The position numbers and the translations under genes are program-made. Of a DNA stretch of 64,000 nt, positions 53,270 through 62,877 are shown piece by piece. Numbering within the stretch: the first letter of the stretch is position 1; the number at the start of each line of letters is the position of its first letter. The DNA is from a phage: the sequence record PQ478073.1; one strand, 5' to 3'. The notes beneath the pieces were generated by a model. It was not told where the DNA came from. It made no database searches and saw only the letters and a program-made list of their open reading frames with translations.

Positions 53270-54790
53270 ATGATTCAAAGCACAGTGGATGTGAAACAAT
53301 ATGGGATTAATGCACAACAATACTTATTATCTCAGATTTTCAGTAATCCTGATTTATATGTACGTTGTAAAAATATCCTTAAACCAGAATATTTTGATAA
53401 AACATTTCATGAAAGTATTCAATACGTGCATGATTATGCTGCAAAATATAGTTCATCACCTACTTTGAAAGATATTGAAGTTAAAGGTGGTTATCAATAC
53501 GATCAATATGAAGTTCAAGAATTACATAAACAATCAGTACTTGATACCTGTGGTGAATTTTGTCGCCATAAAGCATTAGCTTTAGCCGTTGAAAAAGGAA
53601 TGGAACTTGTCCATCAGAAAAAATATGGTGGAATCGAAGAACTAATCCGAGAAGCAATGTTGGTAACGGTACAGAATGAGTTAGGTTTGGATATTTTTGA
53701 AAACCCTGAAGATACAATCCGCTCACTCAGTACAATGCAAGGATCATTTAAGAGTGGTTGGGAAACTCTTGATTACAAACTTTTCGGTGGATTTGGGCGT
53801 AGAGAGTTAGAGATCTTTGCTGCTGCATCAGGTGGTGGTAAATCAGTAGTACTGCAAAATTTAGCAGTTAACTTTGCGAAAGCTGGAATGAATGGTGCAT
53901 ACATTTCACTTGAACTAGCTGAAGAGTTGGTTGCTGTTCGTATCTATGGTATGATGACTGAATCAAAACTCAGTAACGTAAAAAATGAAGCTGAAAAGAT
54001 TGGATTTGCTGTTAAAGTTGAAGGTAAAAACAGTGGTATGTTGCGTATTAAACGCTTACCTGAATCTGTAACAACCACAGACGATATTGAAAGTTATCTA
54101 CGTGAATTACAAATTAAGATGGAAATCAAACTTGATTATGTATGCGTGGACTATTTGGATCTATTAACTTCTAATCGTCTTGGACCAAATGATAAATCCA
54201 ATACATTTACTAAAGATAAATTTGTATCAGAAGAATTACGTGCTCTTGCATCCAAAATGGATTTGACTGTTTTCACTGCATCTCAGTTTAACCGTAGTGG
54301 TATGGACGAAGATAAGAAAAGTCAAAGTCAGATTGCTGGTGGTATTTCAAAAATTTATACTGCTGATAACGTAATTTATATTGAAGCAAAAAAAGAAACT
54401 GGCGAACTATGGTTTGATTTCCAAAAAACACGTAACAGTAGTGCAGTAGGTTCCCGTTTGCGTATGTCTTATGATATTGATTCATTGAGAGTTCTTGACC
54501 ATGCAACTACAGTACAACAAATGGAAACCGAAGGTAATGGATTCCGTCACAGCGGTGTTTCTAAGATTGGTGGAGGGAACATGGCGTTACCACCCAGCAC
54601 TATGCAAACATTACGTCATTCGCTTTCTGGTGCAGCTAAATCACCATCTGTGCAACCTGACAATACAGTAACACTAAATACTGATAGTGCTCCTAACTCT
54701 ACGACACAAAACGAAATACAGAATCCACAGACACATGCTGGTACTGATCGTGTTCATGCAATGAAGCAATGGTTAAATCAAAGGAAATGA
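53270..54790 (+). CDS. 41: replicative DNA helicase, DnaB-like (gp41)
   Basis: Walker A AAASGGGKS, Walker B VCVDYLDLL. Confidence 0.85.
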   Translation: MIQSTVDVKQYGINAQQYLLSQIFSNPDLYVRCKNILKPEYFDKTFHESIQYVHDYAAKYSSSPTLKDIEVKGGYQYDQYEVQELHKQSVLDTCGEFCRHKALALAVEKGMELVHQKKYGGIEELIREAMLVTVQNELGLDIFENPEDTIRSLSTMQGSFKSGWETLDYKLFGGFGRRELEIFAAASGGGKSVVLQNLAVNFAKAGMNGAYISLELAEELVAVRIYGMMTESKLSNVKNEAEKIGFAVKVEGKNSGMLRIKRLPESVTTTDDIESYLRELQIKMEIKLDYVCVDYLDLLTSNRLGPNDKSNTFTKDKFVSEELRALASKMDLTVFTASQFNRSGMDEDKKSQSQIAGGISKIYTADNVIYIEAKKETGELWFDFQKTRNSSAVGSRLRMSYDIDSLRVLDHATTVQQMETEGNGFRHSGVSKIGGGNMALPPSTMQTLRHSLSGAAKSPSVQPDNTVTLNTDSAPNSTTQNEIQNPQTHAGTDRVHAMKQWLNQRK

Positions 54791-54793
54791 TAA

Positions 54794-55066
54794 ATGTCTA
54801 GTAAATCCAATAAAAAGAATCTACTTGATAGTATAGTTGACTATACGCCAGAGAAAGATACATTACAGAGTTTTAGTAATCGTGCCGACCACGCAATAAA
54901 CTCTGTGATTCATTTATTGGAGAGCATTGAAGATGAGTTTAACCAAACTGATGCTGAAGATTTAAAAAAACGCTTATTTCTAAGTATAAAAAACCGAGAT
55001 TATAAAAAGTTTCAAAAAGGGTTAGAGAATATAGCACTTGATGAAAAACGTAATAAAGGAAATTAA
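54794..55066 (+). CDS. hypothetical protein
   Basis: 90-aa ORF. Confidence 0.45.
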   Translation: MSSKSNKKNLLDSIVDYTPEKDTLQSFSNRADHAINSVIHLLESIEDEFNQTDAEDLKKRLFLSIKNRDYKKFQKGLENIALDEKRNKGN

Positions 55067-55232
55067 TATGAAGAAAAAGAATATCAAAGAAAATGCATCT
55101 TCTGGAGCTACTTCAGCAGGTGCTATTGCATCAGTCAGTACTGGTTTACATTATCCATTACATCGTAGATTGCCTCCTACTAACTTCTTTGGATACAAAG
55201 TCGTAGAGAAAAAAGATAAGGACAAAGAATGA
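55038..55232 (+). CDS. hypothetical protein
   Basis: 64-aa ORF overlapping neighbours. Confidence 0.35.
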   Translation: MMKNVIKEINMKKKNIKENASSGATSAGAIASVSTGLHYPLHRRLPPTNFFGYKVVEKKDKDKE

Positions 55233-55621
55233 AACCATATACATTCTACACAATTCACACTGTAGTAGATATTGGTGATGGTAAAACCCCAACAATCATA
55301 GATTCTAAGTTCACTGGTGCTATGAACTTGTCTAGGTTGTTGGAAGCTATTATGGTATATGACTATCCAATGATGGTAAGCGTTGTTAAAAATGAAGTCG
55401 ATTTATATAAAGATAATAATTCATCTTTTTATAACATGCCAATTTCTTGGGGAAAATGTACCATAAGCACATTCAAATTCGCATTACCAATGGATGTCGA
55501 ACTTCGTTTGAATGGTATACCATTGGTTCTACCAACCGAATTAAATGGAAAACGAATAACAAAATTTATCACATCTGGTGATGATATTAACATTAGCATC
55601 AGCAAACAGACCTTTTCTTAA
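55229..55621 (+). CDS. hypothetical protein
   Basis: 130-aa ORF. Confidence 0.5.
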   Translation: MKPYTFYTIHTVVDIGDGKTPTIIDSKFTGAMNLSRLLEAIMVYDYPMMVSVVKNEVDLYKDNNSSFYNMPISWGKCTISTFKFALPMDVELRLNGIPLVLPTELNGKRITKFITSGDDINISISKQTFS

Positions 55622-55677
55622 TTGTGATAAATATCATAAAGCAAGACAGAGGTCTTTTTATTTTATATGGAGAAATT

Positions 55678-56622
55678 ATGGATATAAACCAAACAGCAAC
55701 TGAACTTCAAAAGTTCGCAGATGCACATAATTTGAATGTTGATGTTTCTGTTATTCTTGATAATATGGATGCAGGTGATTTTATCACTTTAAATTCTGCG
55801 ATTGATAATTCTGACAATCGTGAAATATTCCAAATTTTACAAAAATACAAAGCACAGATGAGTGAATGTTATAATTATTTTAGTACTAAAAATGTTAACA
55901 AACATATTAATGAAAGTACTGAACTTCATAGTATTGTTGATTCAATGTCACTAAAGCAATTAGCAGAAGAGTATCATAAAAATTATACATATTCAGATAT
56001 AACAAAACTAACCATACAAGAATTAAAAGCAATTGTATTTGAAGATTTACAAAATCAAGCCACACAAATGCAAGCAAAACAAATTGCTAAAATGAATGTT
56101 TCTCAGGGTCAACAACAAGTCAATCCACAAACTCAAGCTAAAATGAAACAAGCTGAGTTGCAAAGAAATGCTAATAATATGAAAGTTAGTGTTCCTGGTA
56201 CACAAAGCGGGACAGATTCGGTTGAACCTGTAGTTGGTGTTGACCCAGGACAAACACCGGAGCAATCATTAGTTATTACTAAAAGTGGGACTAAGCCAAA
56301 TGAGTTGAACGTTTTTCCTTTGAGTGATGTTAATCCTATTGATAATCAAAATAATCCAATTCGTGAAGAAAAATCTCCACAAGAAATTAACAGTGAACTT
56401 ATGGCTAATTCCAGTTTAGAGCCTGATAGTAATCCTGATACACCATCACCATTGTCACATCACGCACCTGGTATGGGCGAAATGATACATGCAATTTCTG
56501 ATATTGAAAAAGAAGATGATATCTATGGTGATGAAAGTGTTATGGCAAACACATCACAATCTGATAATGATGACATGGTAGACCAAATTATCGATTTCTG
56601 TCATCGTATGCGAGGTCGTTAA
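55678..56622 (+). CDS. hypothetical protein
   Basis: GGAGA RBS before ATG at 55678. Confidence 0.5.
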   Translation: MDINQTATELQKFADAHNLNVDVSVILDNMDAGDFITLNSAIDNSDNREIFQILQKYKAQMSECYNYFSTKNVNKHINESTELHSIVDSMSLKQLAEEYHKNYTYSDITKLTIQELKAIVFEDLQNQATQMQAKQIAKMNVSQGQQQVNPQTQAKMKQAELQRNANNMKVSVPGTQSGTDSVEPVVGVDPGQTPEQSLVITKSGTKPNELNVFPLSDVNPIDNQNNPIREEKSPQEINSELMANSSLEPDSNPDTPSPLSHHAPGMGEMIHAISDIEKEDDIYGDESVMANTSQSDNDDMVDQIIDFCHRMRGR

Positions 56623-56840
56623 TGAGAACAGTACTAAATGTGCATGGTCACAATACAATGGTTTCTAATGAAGAATATAAACTATTACAAAAGATAAAAG
56701 CACGCGGTACTGTTCCAGTTGAAAAGGTAAATGAATATTATCAGGAATTAGCTGATAAGATGGTATCACGTGGTGTTCTAAATAAAATAGAAAATGATGA
56801 CGGTACTGAATCTTACCAAACAGTTAGGAGTAGTAAATGA
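56622..56840 (+). CDS. hypothetical protein
   Basis: 72-aa ORF, start overlaps upstream stop. Confidence 0.45.
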   Translation: MRTVLNVHGHNTMVSNEEYKLLQKIKARGTVPVEKVNEYYQELADKMVSRGVLNKIENDDGTESYQTVRSSK

Positions 56841-57514
56841 ATTACGAATATGATCAACAATCAGTTAATCAGATGGCTGATTTGTTAAGTGGATTGAATG
56901 ACATTGAAGCTGGTGAAACACATAACGCATCGGGAGTTCCATATAAAACTGGTGGTGATATCGGTGCTATGGCTTCTATTTTAACTTCATTAAATGAAGC
57001 AGGTATGGATTATGGGGTTGACCCAGAGCAACAACATCCACAAGTTGTTCCATACTATGCACCATACAACGAACATATGCTTGGACATCAATCAGTACAA
57101 CCTGTAGTTCAACGAACTCCAGCTAAACCAAAAACTAATTGGAGTTTAGTGGAAGAAAAAGTACAAGGTACTAAATCTACTAAAGTTTATAGCATTAAGT
57201 GTAATCATAGTTCACAAATTATTATGAATAATATTATGATGTATGAAGCAGCACTTACATTAGTTAATCTTCTCAATGAAGGAAGAATGTTGACAGATGC
57301 AAAAGTACTTGGTATAATCAGTTCGGGTCTTCAATACACGAATGTGATTAGTGAAGCATTGAAAGCAGCCCAGAAACGTCAACGCGTACTTAATGAATCG
57401 AAGTATGATGAAGCAAAAGATTTAGATATAATTATTGCAGAAAAGAAAGCTGAAGCGTATAAATTAAAAGAGCGTGTATTAAACTTTCTAAAAGGCGAAG
57501 GTTATATAAAGTAA
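56837..57514 (+). CDS. hypothetical protein
   Basis: 225-aa ORF. Confidence 0.5.
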   Translation: MNYEYDQQSVNQMADLLSGLNDIEAGETHNASGVPYKTGGDIGAMASILTSLNEAGMDYGVDPEQQHPQVVPYYAPYNEHMLGHQSVQPVVQRTPAKPKTNWSLVEEKVQGTKSTKVYSIKCNHSSQIIMNNIMMYEAALTLVNLLNEGRMLTDAKVLGIISSGLQYTNVISEALKAAQKRQRVLNESKYDEAKDLDIIIAEKKAEAYKLKERVLNFLKGEGYIK

Positions 57515-57546
57515 ATAAATGAGTGATATTTTATAAGGAAATACAA

Positions 57547-58179
57547 ATGTCAAAATATAAAAAACTAATGGAAGCAGCTTCTCGTGCAGAAGCTATGAAG
57601 TTTATTCAACTAAATGAATCTAATATTGAAAAAGCAGAAATTGTTCTTTCAGTAAAAGGTGAGATTGTGGATAAACTCCAACGTCAATCTGAGGTTATTA
57701 ACAACATGGGTGTTGACGTACTAGGCCCACTACTTGACCGTATTAAAGCCGAGCAAGGTCTAGATGCTGCACAAAATTTTAGTGATAATGTTCGTCATCT
57801 ACTACAACATGCAGTTACTACCTTAATGGATGTAAAAGACAAAATCAGTACTGAAACACTTAAACTAACTGGTGATATCACTGACGGTCCAGATGTTTCT
57901 GATATTGGAAGTGAAGATGTTGATATTGATATTGCAGCAGATACCCCAACTTTTGATATGGATGCAGACGCAGACTTTGAAGAAGACATTATCTCTGAGC
58001 CAGTACCAACTGAACGTGAAATGAAAGAATCTGTTAAACCAAGTAAAGTTGGTGTAAAAATGGAAAGTATTCGCGGAACTGTGGGTACTAAATACTTTAG
58101 TTCAAAAGAAGAAATGAAAACATGGCTTTCTGAGAATGAAAAGAAAGTTAAACGTGTTCTAGGATACGTTAAAAAATAA
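57547..58179 (+). CDS. hypothetical acidic protein
   Basis: AAGGA RBS before ATG at 57547. Confidence 0.5.
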   Translation: MSKYKKLMEAASRAEAMKFIQLNESNIEKAEIVLSVKGEIVDKLQRQSEVINNMGVDVLGPLLDRIKAEQGLDAAQNFSDNVRHLLQHAVTTLMDVKDKISTETLKLTGDITDGPDVSDIGSEDVDIDIAADTPTFDMDADADFEEDIISEPVPTEREMKESVKPSKVGVKMESIRGTVGTKYFSSKEEMKTWLSENEKKVKRVLGYVKK

Positions 58180-58195
58180 TTAAGGACAATTCTAC

Positions 58196-58531
58196 ATGAG
58201 ATTTCGTGATCTTACTGAAGAGGCTCCTGGTAAAGATATACGCAATATGATTACTACTATTGCGTTGTCTTTAGTGTCCACGGGTCGAGAAGAAGTAAAT
58301 GTTCAATCTTTGATTTCTGAAATTAAAAAGAGAACCAACATCGATGTTCCATACAATGTAATGATGGACATTTTGAATTCCCTTCCTTTTGTACAGGATG
58401 CTAATTCTGATGTTGTAACTTTTGCAGGAAATTCAGCAGAAGGTTCAGAAGAAGTCGAGCAAGATTCTGAAGAGCAAGTTGAAGATTGGGCCACAAAAGC
58501 TGCTGTGACAGCAAATAAACAAAAAAACTGA
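58196..58531 (+). CDS. small hypothetical protein (weak AsiA-like pattern)
   Basis: 111 aa; RNMITTIALSLVSTGREEV resembles recalled AsiA REIITVASILIKFSREDIV; acidic C-tail. Confidence 0.4.
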   Translation: MRFRDLTEEAPGKDIRNMITTIALSLVSTGREEVNVQSLISEIKKRTNIDVPYNVMMDILNSLPFVQDANSDVVTFAGNSAEGSEEVEQDSEEQVEDWATKAAVTANKQKN

Positions 58532-58559
58532 GACAAATTAAAATATAATGCTATAATTA
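58530..58559 (+). promoter_or_regulatory. early/middle promoter, TGAGACA family
   Basis: TGAGAC-18-TGCTATAAT; TGA doubles as stop codon of upstream gene. Confidence 0.45.
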
Positions 58560-58570
58560 GGAGTACACGG

Positions 58571-59290
58571 ATGTACACACCACCAATTGTTAGCAGATAT
58601 ACATATGTTGGTTACAATAGAATTGAAGGCGGCCCAGAAGGTCGCCTTTATTCAACTCCAACAGGTAATCTGCCGTCAGTAACAACAATTCTAAGTGCGA
58701 CCTCGAATGACGAAGGTTTAAAGAAATGGAGAGAATTTGTTGGTGAAGAAAAGGCTAATGAGATTACATTAGAAGCATGTACAGTTGGTACTTTTATGCA
58801 TGAGAACTTGGAATTTAGATTGGAAGGAAAGCCAGACCATGAAGGCGGTATGCCAATTCGAGTTCTTGCACGTAGAATGGCTGACAAAATTCAGCAAGAA
58901 GCATGGCCTAGAATTAATGAAGTATGGGGACAGGAAGTCCCATTGTACTATGAAGGTTTATGGGCCGGAACAACTGATTTAGTAGGTGTTCATGATGGAA
59001 TCCCAACCATTATGGATTATAAAAATTCCCGTAAAGTTAAGAAGTGGGGACAAATTGAAAATTATCGTATGCAAATTGCAGCATATGCATTAGCCCATAA
59101 TCAAATGTTTGGTACTAATATAGAACGTGGTGTGATTTTCATCTGTGTAAGAAAAGATCCTAACAATCTACAATATCAAGAGTTTGTCATAGAAGGACAA
59201 GACTTCAAAGATGCAGTCAATATGTGGATTGAACGTGTAGAACAATACTATATTTTACGTGGAGAAATTGAATCAAATGGAGCAGCATAA
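58571..59290 (+). CDS. PD-(D/E)xK nuclease, RecB/Cas4-like
   Basis: GTTDLVGVHD ... IMDYK motif. Confidence 0.5.
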   Translation: MYTPPIVSRYTYVGYNRIEGGPEGRLYSTPTGNLPSVTTILSATSNDEGLKKWREFVGEEKANEITLEACTVGTFMHENLEFRLEGKPDHEGGMPIRVLARRMADKIQQEAWPRINEVWGQEVPLYYEGLWAGTTDLVGVHDGIPTIMDYKNSRKVKKWGQIENYRMQIAAYALAHNQMFGTNIERGVIFICVRKDPNNLQYQEFVIEGQDFKDAVNMWIERVEQYYILRGEIESNGAA

Positions 59291-59831
59291 AAAAATGAAA
59301 CAAGATCTATATACAATTCGTGCACTAGTAAGTAAAGGTTATGATTTAGAAGAAGTAATTAAACTTAGTGAAGAAGATATTGATAAACTTGATTTATCAA
59401 ATAAGCTAATTCTAAATATCAAAGATTATAAACAACGTGGTGCTAAACCTGTTGAAGAAATTAAAGAACAAATTGCACAAGATATTAGTGTTGATGAAGT
59501 ATCACGCAATGTACCACCAGAAGTTATCCAAGAGTATGTTGTTGATAGTGAAGAACAAGTTAAAGTTTCTGAAGAAGTTGAAATTATTGCAGAAGAACTT
59601 GCTCCTGAATTGGAAGAAGATGAAGTTGTTATTGAGCGTGTTGTTTCATCTAAAGAAGATTTGGACATTATCAAAGAAGCATTACAGACCAAAGAATTTA
59701 AAAGTGTTTCCAACTATGTTAAACATTTAAAATCTTTAGTACCAGAACAAATTTTATCTTCTGTAGATAGCTCAGTTGTATCTCAACTAATTAATGAGCG
59801 TATTGCGGAAGTTAAAGAAAAAGCTAAATAA
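59259..59831 (+). CDS. hypothetical acidic protein
   Basis: 190-aa E/D/K-rich ORF. Confidence 0.45.
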   Translation: MEKLNQMEQHKKMKQDLYTIRALVSKGYDLEEVIKLSEEDIDKLDLSNKLILNIKDYKQRGAKPVEEIKEQIAQDISVDEVSRNVPPEVIQEYVVDSEEQVKVSEEVEIIAEELAPELEEDEVVIERVVSSKEDLDIIKEALQTKEFKSVSNYVKHLKSLVPEQILSSVDSSVVSQLINERIAEVKEKAK

Positions 59832-59859
59832 TCCTATAATACTATAGGAGATAGTTTTT

Positions 59860-60441
59860 ATGGCACAACAACAAATTGCTTTACAACAAGTAAGAACTGG
59901 TAAACAGAGAGATTTACCTGATGCATTAGAAAAAGGTCAGATAGGATTCAGTACTGATGTGGGTCGTGTTTTTATTGGCCTTCCATCATCATCTGACCCC
60001 GCCAGCTTAGTTGCAGGTAGAACTTGGACTACTGATCCAAATTCAGGTAAAGAAAACGTAGAAATAATTACAGAATTTTCACCGTGGAGAACGGTATCAA
60101 AAATAATTAACAGACCGTTTAAAGTTGATCTTCCACAAAATCAAGAAAGTATAGAAGTTATTCTTGAAAGTGAAAGTAGAGTATTCATCGATTATATTGC
60201 ATATGATGATACCGAAACGGTTTTGGAATCAGGAACTATTCAAATTGTAGCTGCTGGTACAAACACGATGATTGCACAGTCAAATAATACAAATAGAACT
60301 GACGCAATTATTTCTATCTCATTTGAAGATCCTGCATATGATTCAACAACTGGAAATATGCAATTTAACATAGTTAACTCGGATTATTTAAATTCAGGAT
60401 ATCATATAGAATTTGTATATCGTGGGTGGGACAAACCTTAA
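59860..60441 (+). CDS. hypothetical protein
   Basis: 193-aa ORF followed by terminator. Confidence 0.5.
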   Translation: MAQQQIALQQVRTGKQRDLPDALEKGQIGFSTDVGRVFIGLPSSSDPASLVAGRTWTTDPNSGKENVEIITEFSPWRTVSKIINRPFKVDLPQNQESIEVILESESRVFIDYIAYDDTETVLESGTIQIVAAGTNTMIAQSNNTNRTDAIISISFEDPAYDSTTGNMQFNIVNSDYLNSGYHIEFVYRGWDKP

Positions 60442-60462
60442 AAGGCGTCCCGCCTTTTTCTT
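60441..60462 (+). terminator. intrinsic terminator
   Basis: AAAGGCG-tcc-CGCCTTT then TTC. Confidence 0.5.
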
Positions 60463-60504
60463 CCACTAAAAAAAGAAATTTACATCAAAAAACAAGGATG
60501 ACAC

Positions 60505-62823
60505 ATGATTAACGTAACCAAGCGTAATGGAATGAAAGAGCCGTTATCATTGGATAAGATCCATCAAATTTTATTTTTCGCTGCTGAAGGTTTAAGTGGT
60601 ATTTCAGTTTCTGAAATTGAAATCCGAGCACAGCTTCAGTTTTATGAAGGTATTGAAACCAGTACTATTCATGATATTCTAATAAAAGCAGCAGCAGAAC
60701 TTATTTCTGAAGATACGCCTAACTATCAATACGTTGCTGGAAGATTATTAAACTATAGTATTCGTAAGCAAGTATATGGACAGTATGACCCAATTAAGTA
60801 TACTGCTCATCTTCAAGAAATGGTAGATACTAAAATATATGATCCTGAAATTTTGGAGAAATATACTCTTCAAGAAATAGAAGAGCTTGGGCGTTATATC
60901 AAACATAAGCGTGACGACAAATTTACTTATGTTGCTATGCGTCAGTGGGAAGGAAAGTATCTTTATAAAAACCGAGTCACTAAGAAAATTTATGAAACCC
61001 CACAAATGGCATATATGACTATTGCAGCAATCATCTTTATGGAGTATGATCGTTCTGTACGTATGTCATATGTTAAAAAGTTTTATGACGCAGTAAGTAA
61101 TTTTGACATCAGTCTTCCAACACCTATTATGGCAGGTCTACGTACTAATACACGTCAGTTTAGTTCTTGTGTAGTACTGAACGTTGGTGATAGTTTAGAT
61201 AGCATTGGTTCATCAAATCACGCTATTCTACGTTATATCTCACGCAAAGCTGGACTAGGTATTAATATGGGCCGCATTCGTGCTCTAGACTCTGAGATTC
61301 GTTCAGGTGATGCAGTACATACTGGGTTGATTCCTTTTATCGCAGCAACTGCTAAGACCGTTAAAAGCTGCTCACAGGGTGGTGTGCGTGGTGGTGCAGC
61401 AACTGTTCACTTTCCATTGTGGCATTTGGAATTTGATAACCTAGTTGTACTTAAAAATAACAAAGGTACAGAGTTTAACCGTGTACGTCAACTAGACTAT
61501 TGTTTCCAAGTAAACAAAACTTTATATCAACGTTTGGTTGATGGAAAGAATATTACATTCTTTAGTCCTAATGAAGTCCCTGGGCTATATGAAGCATTTT
61601 GTTCTGACCAAAAAGAATTTGAAAAACTATATAAAAAATACGAAGCTGACCAAAGCATCCGTAAAAAATCCGTTCCTGCTGTGGAAGTATTCAGTACTCT
61701 AATGACTGAACGTGCAGAAACTGGTCGTATCTATATTCAAAATATTGACCATGCAAACACTCACTCAACATTTATTGAATCAATTGCTCCAATCGAACAA
61801 TCCAACTTGTGTCAAGAAATCGCACTACCATCTGTGCCATTTGATGATATTAATACTGGTGAAGGTTTGATTAGCCTATGTACTTTGAGTGCAATTAACT
61901 GGGGTAACTTTGATAAACCAGAAGATATGGAAACTGCGTGTGATCTTTCTGTTCGTGCTCTTGATTCACTATTGGACTATCAAGACTACCCAGTAGTTCA
62001 TGCTGACCGAGCAACAAAAATGTATCGTCCACTAGGTGTTGGTATTATTAACTTTGCATACTTCCTTGCTAAACGTGGTTTACGTTATAATGAAGCAGCA
62101 CTAGAAACAGTTAACGAGTGGGCTGAAGCATGGTCTTACTATCTAATTAAATCTTCTGTACAGCTTGCTAAAGAGAAAGGTAAGTGTGAAGGATTTGATA
62201 ATCTAAAATATGCCAAAGGTATCCTTCCAATCGATACTTATAAATCGGACATTGATGAATTAGTAACTAAAGAACTAAAACAAGATTGGGAATCCTTACG
62301 TGCCGATATCAAAGAATATGGTATTCGTAACGCAACAACAATGGCATTAATGCCAGCAGAAACAAGTGCACAAATCAGTAACAGTACTAACGGTATTGAA
62401 AAGCCACGTTCTCTTGTAACGAAGAAACTATCTAAGGATGGTATTCTTAAACAAGTAGTTCCAGAAATCAATAAGTTGAAAAACAAATATGATTTACTAT
62501 GGGATCAGAAAGATAACATTGGTTATCTACAAATCTGTGGTGTTCTACAAAAATACATTGACCAAAGTATCAGTGTTAATACTAGTTATAACCCAATACA
62601 CTTCCCTGATGGTAAGTTGCCAATGTCAACTCTTCTAACTGAACTTATGTATGCATATAAAGTTGGTTTGAAAAATCTTTATTATCATAATACAAATGAT
62701 GGTTCAGATGAAGTAGACGTTGAAAAAGTACTGAAAGAAGCTGCCAAACCAGAATCTGGACAATTTGTATTACCATCACTTCCTGATTTGGATGAAGGTG
62801 ATTGTGATAGTTGTAAAATCTAA
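60505..62823 (+). CDS. nrdA: ribonucleotide reductase class Ia large subunit NrdA
   Basis: ATP-cone N-terminus; SSCVVLNVGDSLDSI; NLCQEIALP; C-terminal CDSC. Confidence 0.9.
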   Translation: MINVTKRNGMKEPLSLDKIHQILFFAAEGLSGISVSEIEIRAQLQFYEGIETSTIHDILIKAAAELISEDTPNYQYVAGRLLNYSIRKQVYGQYDPIKYTAHLQEMVDTKIYDPEILEKYTLQEIEELGRYIKHKRDDKFTYVAMRQWEGKYLYKNRVTKKIYETPQMAYMTIAAIIFMEYDRSVRMSYVKKFYDAVSNFDISLPTPIMAGLRTNTRQFSSCVVLNVGDSLDSIGSSNHAILRYISRKAGLGINMGRIRALDSEIRSGDAVHTGLIPFIAATAKTVKSCSQGGVRGGAATVHFPLWHLEFDNLVVLKNNKGTEFNRVRQLDYCFQVNKTLYQRLVDGKNITFFSPNEVPGLYEAFCSDQKEFEKLYKKYEADQSIRKKSVPAVEVFSTLMTERAETGRIYIQNIDHANTHSTFIESIAPIEQSNLCQEIALPSVPFDDINTGEGLISLCTLSAINWGNFDKPEDMETACDLSVRALDSLLDYQDYPVVHADRATKMYRPLGVGIINFAYFLAKRGLRYNEAALETVNEWAEAWSYYLIKSSVQLAKEKGKCEGFDNLKYAKGILPIDTYKSDIDELVTKELKQDWESLRADIKEYGIRNATTMALMPAETSAQISNSTNGIEKPRSLVTKKLSKDGILKQVVPEINKLKNKYDLLWDQKDNIGYLQICGVLQKYIDQSISVNTSYNPIHFPDGKLPMSTLLTELMYAYKVGLKNLYYHNTNDGSDEVDVEKVLKEAAKPESGQFVLPSLPDLDEGDCDSCKI

Positions 62824-62830
62824 TTTAAGA

Positions 62831-62856
62831 TCCCGCTTCGGCGGGATTATTATTTC
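62831..62856 (+). terminator. intrinsic terminator after nrdA
   Basis: TCCCGC-ttcg-GCGGGA then TTATTATTT. Confidence 0.5.
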
Positions 62857-62877
62857 AAAATATATAAAGGAATATAT

